Assembly (NCBI GenBank): GCA_008369845.1
Contig: MRSU01000908.1
Span: 1 to 42,917 of the forward strand
DNA length: 42,917 bases
DNA from: Trichomonas gallinae
Taxonomy: Eukaryota
Direction of reading: 5' to 3'
The first letter of the stretch is position 1; every line of letters starts with the position of its first letter. Positions 19,841 to 29,700 of this stretch are shown in pieces. Below the pieces are notes generated by a model. It was not told where the DNA came from. It saw nothing but the letters and a program-made list of their open reading frames with translations, and did not search any database. The position numbers and the translations under genes are program-made.

Positions 19841-21889
19841 ATGAGTTCGAGGTCTAAAAAATCGAAGACGACAGCAAACTCGGAAAAAAAGCCCGATGAA
19901 ACAAATCTTACACAAGTTACGGATGCGCAGCCAATGACTGAGCAGCCAAAACCCGAAAATCCAGAAAATCCGGAAGCAACAACCGACAGAAAAGGAAGAT
20001 CGAGGAGAAAGAAATTAACAGCGAAGGAAAGAAAGCGTCTGAAACTCGAACAGCTTGAAAGAGAAAGACAACAACAACTCGCAGAAAAAGCAAATCGCGA
20101 AGCCGAAGAAAGACGCAAACGCGAAAGAGAAATGGCTCTCGCAGGCCAGCAGAGACTCCAGAACGAGGAGACACAGCTCAAAGAGTTCAGAGAAGCCAGG
20201 ATTTTGAACAACACGACAATTAGAGCTGACGCAGCAAAACAGAATGAATGGGAAACATATCTGCAGTGCGATCACTCAACAAACCCTCTTGACAGGGCGG
20301 ACGTCAACTCCTTCGTCACGCTATGGAGAGAGGCTGATGATACGAACATGCAGGTCTTATTCGATCACATCACAACAGCCGTGAAATTAATAAATCAACT
20401 TACGAATCTTAGATACAATGCGGAAGTGGCAGTAAATAATGAGGAAGTTACAAGATTTACTCAACATATTACAGATATTAGAACTTTAATTACCCAAAAA
20501 ATCGAGCTTCTTACACAACACCACTTGATGTTTAGCGATAAATATACAGGAGCTAAGAGTGAAGTACTTTTGAACGCTGAATCTTCAGGCTATCAATACG
20601 GTTTATGGGTAAACCTCGCTAAAAACCCTCGTATCAAAGATGTAGAGTTCAATGGTGTCAGTGTTGAGATTTCTAAGCCAGTTGCCATGGCTTCTCTTGC
20701 AATTAGAATTAAAATCACTCCATCTTGCGTAGAATATCCTAAATACACTTTGCTTTCATCAGTTATGTCATGCGAATTCTTCCAGCTCCCATCTCCGCCA
20801 AAACGTGTCACAACATATGTTCTCAGACAATCATCTGCAGCTTCTTTGATTCCAATCGCATATCCGCTCAAGAGCAACAACTCTCCGCAGCCTCCTCTCG
20901 TCTTCAAGATGAAGATCGACCCGTCACGTCTCCCGGAGAACCTAGACACAGTCACAGTCGTCAAGATCGATGATATTGATAACACGCAGAACTTAATCTC
21001 AGATGTGAAGCTCGACATCGAGGCTGGCACTGTTACCTTCGCATGCAAGACCACTGGCGTCTTTGCTCTTGCTGTTCCTAAGTACAATCAATTCCCATTC
21101 AGCTTCTGGGAGGTTAACAGCCCAGTCGCAGACACAGTGGAGTTGTTTGTCAGAACAAACGCAACTGAAGTCGCAATAACAATTGACAAGAACGGTTTGT
21201 GCTCATCTGACTCCCCGACGCCTTTCTCTAACATCAGTGCTGCAGCTGCCCTCGATCTCCTTAGAGATCACGGCTTCAATTTAATCGCCCCACAAGATGT
21301 GTCTGAAATCAATGATCAGAGAATTCACGGCAAACCGCCGGCTCTTGAGGAAGTTTTCTCTCAAGGCATTGCAGACACAGCGACTGGATTCAGGATCAGG
21401 GCGTCGTGCAAGAACAGCCAAGTCTCACGTGGCGAGCACGAGGATCCAAGAATTATCATCCTCGCGCGCGAAATCGTCAACTTCGGCGAGTCAATCACTG
21501 AAGACGAAGCAGTCGAAGAGGAAGACGAGGAAGAGCAGAAGGAAGAGAAACTTGAAGGAGCTGAATCATCAGCACCTCAGACTTTAACACAGACACAGCC
21601 AACAGGTGATGCAGGACAGCCAGCTCAGAAGGAGGAGAAGAAGCAGACAAGGTGGAGGTGCGTGCAAGGCACTGAAAAGATCATCTTCGAGTCGAGGAAC
21701 ACAGAGAATGAGGAGCAGACAGACATCGAAATGCTGCCGAACACAGCTTTCCACCAGCACGTGATGCCGATGCTGATGGACCTCGCGTCAGAAGATGTTC
21801 AGCAACGCGTTCTCAAGGCCAGCGGATTCATCGCAGAAACACTTAAGTACTTGTTATCTAGACTCAGATTATTCTCTACAACAATCTAA
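19841..21889 (+). CDS. DNAI7: CASC1/DNAI7 (IC97/CFAP94)-like inner-arm dynein subunit
   Basis: Charged N-terminal coiled coil, then WETYLQCDHSTNPLDRADVNSFVTLWRE (Casc1_N-like) and GLWVNLAKNPRIK. Start assigned to ATG 19841 (MSSRSKK); ATG 19775 is an alternative, and the TTG 19715 extension is AT-rich and unlikely. Confidence 0.8.
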   Translation: MSSRSKKSKTTANSEKKPDETNLTQVTDAQPMTEQPKPENPENPEATTDRKGRSRRKKLTAKERKRLKLEQLERERQQQLAEKANREAEERRKREREMALAGQQRLQNEETQLKEFREARILNNTTIRADAAKQNEWETYLQCDHSTNPLDRADVNSFVTLWREADDTNMQVLFDHITTAVKLINQLTNLRYNAEVAVNNEEVTRFTQHITDIRTLITQKIELLTQHHLMFSDKYTGAKSEVLLNAESSGYQYGLWVNLAKNPRIKDVEFNGVSVEISKPVAMASLAIRIKITPSCVEYPKYTLLSSVMSCEFFQLPSPPKRVTTYVLRQSSAASLIPIAYPLKSNNSPQPPLVFKMKIDPSRLPENLDTVTVVKIDDIDNTQNLISDVKLDIEAGTVTFACKTTGVFALAVPKYNQFPFSFWEVNSPVADTVELFVRTNATEVAITIDKNGLCSSDSPTPFSNISAAAALDLLRDHGFNLIAPQDVSEINDQRIHGKPPALEEVFSQGIADTATGFRIRASCKNSQVSRGEHEDPRIIILAREIVNFGESITEDEAVEEEDEEEQKEEKLEGAESSAPQTLTQTQPTGDAGQPAQKEEKKQTRWRCVQGTEKIIFESRNTENEEQTDIEMLPNTAFHQHVMPMLMDLASEDVQQRVLKASGFIAETLKYLLSRLRLFSTTI

Positions 21890-21956
21890 AATATTAGATT
21901 AAATTTTTGTTTTATGTTGTAAAAAAATCCAAATTTAATTTCTCCAATCCCCTCAC

Positions 21957-22340
21957 TACAATTTATTCACAATGGAATAATAAAAAAAAATAGACAATAT
22001 ATCATGTAACAAGAAGTCCACAGGAGCTAAAACGAAAGAGAAGAATCAGACAAGAAATTCCTCGTGTGTATAACTACTCCATTAATGAATGAATTCATGA
22101 TGATAAAAAGTGTCACTACCTAGTTTTATGATCGTGCCACCCCCTGCCTAAAAAAACGGTTGGAAAGAATGAGAGAAATCTTGATACAATTTATTCACAA
22201 TAGAATATCTTTTAAAAAATAGAACATATCATGTGCGGGACAGATCACATGAGCTAAGAAGGAGGAGAAGAAGCAGACGAGAAATTTCTCGTGTGTATAA
22301 CTACTCCAACATTGATTAATTCATGCTGAAAAAAAAAAGT
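21957..22340 (+). repeat. Diverged intergenic direct duplication (two ~155-bp copies, offset ~228 bp)
   Basis: TACAATTTATTCACAAT at 21957 and 22185. CTCGTGTGTATAACTACTCCA at 22061 and 22288. Intervening sequence alignable by eye. Confidence 0.9.
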
Positions 22341-22415
22341 ATTGGCAATGAGTCACTTTTAGATTAAGTTTACAAAATCTTTGTCACTTTTCGATTCTGT
22401 TTATATTTTTTTTGA

Positions 22416-24728
22416 ATGTCTGAGCAAGAGTTGTTAAAACTCTGCTCGGACCTTTTTAACAACAAGAAAGAAGCTGATTCCATCGAAGGGATTCAGTCTT
22501 TCTTCACGAAATTGATAAATCAGGGCAAAATGATTGATATTTCGCCTGAAATTCGAAAATTCATTCCTAAACTTGCGAATATAAAGAATGGAGTATTGTG
22601 TCCTATGATAACAGAGTCAATCAACGGAATTTCGCCAATGGATTACGTTCCAGAATTAAATCTTAAATTAACAATTAAACCTCCTGACGAATTATCAGCA
22701 ACACGATCTACTAGATTCAAGTCTTCGCGAAGATCTGAGAACATTGAGCCTCAATCTGCACACGACGCACAAAAATTAAACGAATTAGAAAGATACACGC
22801 GAGAAATTTGCACACCAAGAACATCAAGGCCTCTCCCTAACGCAAAGCAGCTTATTAAATCAAGAACATTCAAAAGACGCACTGCGCCGCAAACTCACAG
22901 ACAACTTCCTCCTTTAGAGCAAACAGAAGACGATATTCTTTCTAAAGCATACATATCTTCCAAAGACACAATGTATATGGGCAAAAAACTCACAAAAGAA
23001 GCAATTAATATTCATATTATTCCGCCTGGCTATCCTTGCCACATGATTGGCACGGATTATAGTGTTATTACTCCAAGAGGCATCGTTAGTATTAGTAATC
23101 AGAACGGAGGATCAGTACAAGCATTGCATGAATACGCAAGAGACAAAACCTGCAGGTATTTAGTAGAAAACCAGATGATAAGCAAGAGAATATCATACAG
23201 AGCATTTTATCACTGGAGATCTAAGCTCAGGGATAAATTATTTTCAAAAATTATTCGAACATTCAATTATCACTTCAAAATTTCCATTCCAAATTTCACA
23301 CCAGTCATGGAGAAAATCAGATGCAAAGTTTTGGAGTCGGTATCAAATGTTTTCATTTTTCCTCAAATATTCGACATAAAAAACGACGAAGTCGAACTTT
23401 GCGAGCTCAAACAGGCGTCAGAGGCCACTCTTTACGAAGTCACGCAAAAGATTTCCACGCTAAAAGACATAATTGGCGCTCAAGTTTCAGAAGTCTTCAG
23501 GATAATTCGCGCGGCCGAAATATTGATTCAACTCGGCTACGACGAATTGAGCTCGCTTAACCAGCTGCCTCCATCGCTGCAGCAGTACTCAAGCGACCTT
23601 AAATGGCGAGTTCCAAGTCTCTGGCGCGAGAAAATGAGGGAGCAGCAGCTCCAATTCGAAAGAGTTCTTGCTCGTGAAAGAAAAATATATTTGTCGACAT
23701 TTTTCTCGAAAGTTAGAATCGTTTACAACGGAACATTAATCTTGAAGTGCAAAGAGATGATATCGAATTTCGTCGACAGGTTCTGCAAAGCGCCAATCAA
23801 CAAAAGGAGAGCGCACAGAATACAGGCAGTCTTCGACCAAGCGATCGGTTATACACTCAGCCCTTCGCGCGAAGAATTTCTCAAGTACTTCAAGGAGACG
23901 ATTGGCGGAATAAAGAGCGCTCATTTTCAGCACCTGGACGTTATATGGCGCGAAATCATACTAGAAGTTGATCCCAACTATAAGTATGACATAGAGAATC
24001 CGATTACTGTCATTGACGGCTTCGAGGATCTACAGCAGCGAGTGAATGAAGCGGCCGAGTGCATCGAAAACGCTTATTCATTCTTGGAGAGTGAAGTGAA
24101 GAATCACTCGAGAGTTGTTATGCGTCTGATGGAAGCATTGGACAACACTAAAGGATTCACGAATATTAGGAGCATTGAGGCTCTCCAGGATCTACTGAAC
24201 AAGACACTCAACGCGAAAAACGAGTTCGAGAGACTTCCCAAGAACATTTTCCACACTCCGTCAGGAAAACAGGACACGATGATCGATTTCGTCGCGTCAA
24301 TGTGGCAGGCATCAGACAATGTGAGAGCTGTTTATGCCCAGGAAATGTCAAGTCTCAAGCTAAAAATAATAAACGAGCTGAATCTTTTGTTCGGCGAAAT
24401 CCAGGATAAATGGTCCGCGATTAAGGAAAAGAAGATCACACGACTGGATGCAAGAGCGCTCGAAGCCAGGACACTGCAGTACTCTCTGTTATGCGATGTG
24501 TTCAGTGTCGCTTGGGGAGACTCGCTGACCGACATCAAGGGCAGCTTCGACACAGTCATGAAGATGTATAGGCAGCTCGCAGACAAGTCCAGATACACTC
24601 ATGCTGGCGCCGCGATGCACTTCAATAAAGTCGCTGAGACACTCGGACTCGGTGCAATTCCTGTCGTTGAAGAGGAGGAAGAAGAGGAAGAGGATTATTA
24701 CGAATACGAAGAAGATTATTCCAGCTAA
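22416..24728 (+). CDS. Hypothetical protein resembling the N-terminal tail of inner-arm (DNAH6-type) dynein heavy chains, with no motor domain
   Basis: 770 aa. DYSVITPRGIV...LHEYARDK...YRAFYHWRSKLR and YTLSPSREEFLKYF recall the DNAH6-type tail. No P-loop. Acidic C-terminus. Confidence 0.6.
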   Translation: MSEQELLKLCSDLFNNKKEADSIEGIQSFFTKLINQGKMIDISPEIRKFIPKLANIKNGVLCPMITESINGISPMDYVPELNLKLTIKPPDELSATRSTRFKSSRRSENIEPQSAHDAQKLNELERYTREICTPRTSRPLPNAKQLIKSRTFKRRTAPQTHRQLPPLEQTEDDILSKAYISSKDTMYMGKKLTKEAINIHIIPPGYPCHMIGTDYSVITPRGIVSISNQNGGSVQALHEYARDKTCRYLVENQMISKRISYRAFYHWRSKLRDKLFSKIIRTFNYHFKISIPNFTPVMEKIRCKVLESVSNVFIFPQIFDIKNDEVELCELKQASEATLYEVTQKISTLKDIIGAQVSEVFRIIRAAEILIQLGYDELSSLNQLPPSLQQYSSDLKWRVPSLWREKMREQQLQFERVLARERKIYLSTFFSKVRIVYNGTLILKCKEMISNFVDRFCKAPINKRRAHRIQAVFDQAIGYTLSPSREEFLKYFKETIGGIKSAHFQHLDVIWREIILEVDPNYKYDIENPITVIDGFEDLQQRVNEAAECIENAYSFLESEVKNHSRVVMRLMEALDNTKGFTNIRSIEALQDLLNKTLNAKNEFERLPKNIFHTPSGKQDTMIDFVASMWQASDNVRAVYAQEMSSLKLKIINELNLLFGEIQDKWSAIKEKKITRLDARALEARTLQYSLLCDVFSVAWGDSLTDIKGSFDTVMKMYRQLADKSRYTHAGAAMHFNKVAETLGLGAIPVVEEEEEEEEDYYEYEEDYSS

Positions 24729-25166
24729 TTAAACTGTTTATTTGTTTGTTTTTTCGAAAAAAAAAATTTTTTTTTATCATTCTTGATTCAATATCTAATC
24801 ATAACAATCTTGACGACCTTGAAAATATAATGTTATGAAATAATACAATAAAATTCGTTGTTTTCAAAAGTAAATCTTTAATTTTCTAGAAATTTAATGA
24901 TTTTTTTTTCGGAAATTACCTTATTTTGATGATGACTAAACCTAATCTTTCGATGATTGGTCTTTACACTTCATTAATATTAGAGTAGTCAAACTAACAA
25001 ATCATGATAATTTTCATTCGAATGTTTCTGAATTATGAATAGAGATCATTTATTTGTTTCTATATGATAATATTCTTCATAATCTGTAGGTTGCTGTGTG
25101 ATAAGAAAGAAATCCATGTAATTACTGTTTGCCTGTTTTTCAAATCATTTTTTTGTTGGGAAAATT

Positions 25167-26417
25167 TTGTCGGATTTCAAGCAAAATTTTTCATGGAAAA
25201 TATTGATATCATGCGTTTTAATATGCGTGATATCGTATTTCTACAATGGAGGAACCTATATACCAACGGAAATTGGCGCAAAATGTCCAAGAGATTTTGA
25301 TAATTTTAAATTCCTTAATTTCAGCACGATTAATAATAAGAACACTGCATTTTTCAGATATTTCGAGCCAATGCATGAACTTCCGCAGTATATTCTCCCT
25401 TTTATTAAAATTGTTTCATTTGGAGTTTTTGATACATCAAAATACAACTATTCTCAATTCAAAAACATTCAAATTGAGGATGGAATATTATCATTTAACA
25501 TTGCTCCGCAAATTTCAGGCGAAAGAAAATATCAGATTTATTTATGCGATAAATTAGTGTATGAAGGCACTAAAATGACAACATTCACCACATATGTCCT
25601 TAACACTAGTGTTATAGAAACTCTTGATACTCACTATACAATTAGAAACGCTTGCATTGTGAATAATACTCTAAAACTGTTTTTTCCGTATGAAGTCGAC
25701 TTCAAAAATGGTACACATATAAGGAATTTCAGTTTAAGCGCTCAATACTTGGGAATGAACTATGCAATTAAACATGAAAATTATTCTTTCATAGATAAAG
25801 AAACTATGCACGTAAATTATGATAGAAATGGCGTAGAATTAATGTCAGACCTCATTTATGGCTACAAAAACATAAATGCAAACAATTTTTCCATAATTGA
25901 ATCAGAATCAAGTCTAAAGTTGTTAAACAGACTGAATTTTAATAGAATTGATTTATTCAAACCTCCAATATGTTTCTCATATATAGAATTCCTCAAAGAA
26001 CGTTCGCAATATCAGACAAATTCGATTTCTTCTCTTTTGAAGAATAAAACAACAAACCACAGCAAAGTTGTTGTCTCAAAAAGGATTTCCAGCAAGTTTA
26101 AGCAGTATGAGAGTGTTGACACACAAAATGCTGAACTTTGGGAGTTGATTGATAAAATATCAGACGCGAAGGTTTTCGTTGGAGTAAATTCGAAAGATTT
26201 CGTTGCAAGTCTATTGATGGGAGACAGAGATGTTGCATATATCGATTTGTCTTCCTGTTATTCAGCTGGTGAGCAAAGCAAGTGGAGAAATGGACCAAAA
26301 GTTTTGCAAGCAAAAAAATTCGACCTCTGCAGAAACGAAATCGAATACGAAAGCTTAAACAACATGATTCACGACATATTAGACAACAACGAAAACTCTC
26401 CTTTGTTTTTCGACTAA
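25167..26417 (+). CDS. Type II membrane glycosyltransferase-family-61/DUF563-like protein, divergent; start codon uncertain (TTG)
   Basis: N-terminal signal anchor KILISCVLICVISYFY, IRNACI, and LWELIDKISDAKVFVGVN (cf. GT61 FxEQxxxFxxAxxxVGxHGA). TAAA stop. Confidence 0.6.
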   Translation: MSDFKQNFSWKILISCVLICVISYFYNGGTYIPTEIGAKCPRDFDNFKFLNFSTINNKNTAFFRYFEPMHELPQYILPFIKIVSFGVFDTSKYNYSQFKNIQIEDGILSFNIAPQISGERKYQIYLCDKLVYEGTKMTTFTTYVLNTSVIETLDTHYTIRNACIVNNTLKLFFPYEVDFKNGTHIRNFSLSAQYLGMNYAIKHENYSFIDKETMHVNYDRNGVELMSDLIYGYKNINANNFSIIESESSLKLLNRLNFNRIDLFKPPICFSYIEFLKERSQYQTNSISSLLKNKTTNHSKVVVSKRISSKFKQYESVDTQNAELWELIDKISDAKVFVGVNSKDFVASLLMGDRDVAYIDLSSCYSAGEQSKWRNGPKVLQAKKFDLCRNEIEYESLNNMIHDILDNNENSPLFFD

Positions 26418-26759
26418 AAAATGTTTGTTTCTATCATTTTAGATATTCATAACAAATCGATTATTAGTATACAGAAAAATCAATATATGCGCCAATACCT
26501 TTAATATACATTCATTTTTCCAAAACCAAATTAAAACACACATCACAGAATGCAAGCATATTTTATATTTTAAATTGGTTTTGGAGCCTGTCAACAGATT
26601 TTTTTCATTATTGAAGAAAATTAAGGAAATGATATAATAACAGTGATGAATAATTTGACAATTTATCACTGTGATGTATGATGATTTTTGTATTTTGACT
26701 GAGTTTCTTTAAAACATAAGGAAACTAAAAAATTTACTAAAGAGAAATAAATGAAAAAA

Positions 26760-29700
26760 TCAGCGTCGAATCTTTTGATTTGCGCGATCAGTTTGTGATT
26801 GTTGGATAACAGCCTTGAAGTCTCTGTGTGTTTGTTCAATGTCACCTGCCAAATGTGCCAATTCACTTGTTTCTTCAGGAGAAAGTTCTTCCAGTCTGAA
26901 CAGAACGAAAAGTGAAGCTGATGCAGCAGACTTCACTGCCTGGTCACTTCTTCTGTATTGGTCCAGCAACAAATCTAACAACTCTTTCTGCACACTCTTG
27001 AACACAGACTTCTGCAAATTAGCCAATTGCTGCAGACTCTGGATTGCAGCAACTTGATGCTCAGCATCTCCTCTGTTTATTATTCCGAAAATGTAACTCA
27101 ACAATTCGCTGATTAAATGAGGCATCAAAACAATAATTGACACAACCATCTGAGGCAAAATCAATAAAATCTCTGAGTTTGTTTCTTTTTCTAAATTATC
27201 AAGCATTGAAATTGCTGTAGGAAGAACAACATCGACCAAGCTCTTGTTTCCTTTCTCCATGATTTCCGTGATAATTGTCGCAGTCATGTATCTTTCTGTC
27301 TGGTTGTCGATATTCATCTTAGGAACGAAAGCCATGAGCGCTTCTTTTCCTGACGACATTAAACTCGCTGCTATTGCTTGAGAACAAAGTTGCCTGATCT
27401 GAACTCTGTTTGATGACTTCGCGTGCGGTTCCAAAACGCTAATAATTTCTTTCGAGTCTTCAATTTTATATTTCGCGGCAATTTTAATCAAAGCTTTGAC
27501 AATTATAGAAGAGATTGTGTTAGTCTGCATCCTCAAAACGAACAGCAAGACTCTTATAATGATCTCAGGAGACTTGAGTTTGGAGCACAAACTGCATAAT
27601 GCGTCAGCAGATGCTTCGTGTAAAGCAATATCGTTTTCTTTGAAGAACCTGATAAACATCGGCGGCAAAGAATTCGGCAAAACGTCATTTTCATCTCTGC
27701 AGATCTCAAACAAAACCCTTGATGCTTTAAGAAGAACAAAGGCAATGTCCGATCTTACTGTTCTCTGCATAGCAAAGATTACTCTAGCGATTAATTTCTT
27801 TGTCGTTGTCGGAATTTGCTTTAGTTGCGGGATGACAACAAACAACAGTCTTCCTGCATCCATTATTGCTGCTTCTGACTCAGATAGCAAGCATCTCTCA
27901 ATGAGAGGCTCGAATGAATCGAAAGCTGCTTTTTGCTCGAATGCGCGCATTTTCGTTGTTGTTCCTATCTGTTCGAAAGTGTCAGCGAGTTCGAAGACAA
28001 CAAAATTCATCGATTTTTCGTCTGCATTATTAACAATTGCCTTGATTACATCTATAGACATGTCCATGAGATTGTCAAGCGGGTCATCGAATACATACAA
28101 AACTGATCTGATGATGTTTTTGATGATTTCTTCGTCAGGATTCAAGTCGATGACTGATCTTAAAACATTTATTGATGGATTCCTTTCTTCTGGCTGCGGA
28201 GATCTTAATGACTGAACAAACTTTTGGACAAACAATAACCTATGGTTATTATTTACAGATTTAACGATTTCTTTTGCGACATTAACTGCTTCGACATCTT
28301 CTACAGCCAAACTTATAACTTTGTCTGCGAAAACAGAGAAATTCGAATCTAGAGCATCTTCAGCCACTTGTACAACCTTTCCTGCAACTTTAGCGCTGTA
28401 TTCTGTAATTGGCTTGCTTAGTATTTTAGATATCAACTGGTTCAAAGCCTTCTTGTCCAAAACATTAATCAAACCTTTGAGCTCAGAAATATCTCTGTCT
28501 TGAATTGCTTGGTTGTGGACGAATTCGATTAACTGAGATGAAATGCTTTGTGTTCCATCTTCTCCCAGAGTCTTCTTGAAGTCCTTGAATGTTTCCAAAC
28601 TCTCTGTTCTCAGCATTTCGTAAGGGCTGCTCAAGAATGGAGCAATAATAGTGCAGCATCTCAATTTCTGCTCGAAGTCCATTTCTTCGTCCAAAGCGTG
28701 AACGCAAAGCAGAGCTCCATGCTGTATATCTATGTCCTCCATCTTAGAGAGTTCTTCTAGTTTGTCCAGCATTTTCAACAACAGTTTAGTTTTGACCTTT
28801 GAGACTCCTTCCTTGACAGCAAAAGCTCCGACGGTTCTGACAACTTCTCTGTCACTTGTCAAAAACAGGCTGACGTTGTCAACGAAAACATCGATGTTGT
28901 CTCTAACGAATCCACCAGTATTAGGCACAATCTGCCTCCAGACCTGCAGAGCGTCCTGCTTCACAGCTTGAACAGGGTCTGAGCACAAAATGAACAAAGT
29001 TGTCAATGATTGTGAACAAATGTCTGGCTTCAAAGCTTGTTTGATTTTTTCTAAGAGTTCTCCTATGTTTCTTATTCCTCTTTCGTCTGCGTCTGTTGTT
29101 CCGACGCAAGCATTGACGAAGGCCTTCATGAACTGCACAGCGCACTGCCTGTACCTCCAGTTGTCTTTCAACGCGCAGTTGTTGAAAGGAGTAATAATCA
29201 AATCAGGATTTGTCTGAGCAAAAGTTTTCGCAATCAAAGAAACTGATCTTAAGCCAACTGTTCTTATAACATCGTTTGAATCAGCGCAGGCCTCTAAAAC
29301 AGCGTCTATTGTTATATCATAGCATCCGTGGAAGTCTTCTGCACCGAAGAAATGGCTCAAAAATCCTAACAAAGAAACATAACATTCTCTGATTTGAATG
29401 TTTTGATCGTTTCTTGCTTTTTCGATGAAATCGAGCAGCTGCGCGTTTAGTTCTTCCTTTCCTCTTGTCTTGATCAAAGAGGCAATGCTCATAGCAAAGC
29501 CTTGTCTCTCTGCGAAACTGTTCTTCGAGATCATCTGAGAAATCAGTCTTTCCATGACGTTGTCGTAAACAGACGGATTCAGTTTGACGATCAAAGAAGA
29601 CAGAGAACTCGAAGCCAAAGCTCTTATTGACGGGCTTGGGTCTGATATCAAAGTAAACAACGGCTCTACTAAGTCATCGGAGAAATATTTCAACGAGTTG

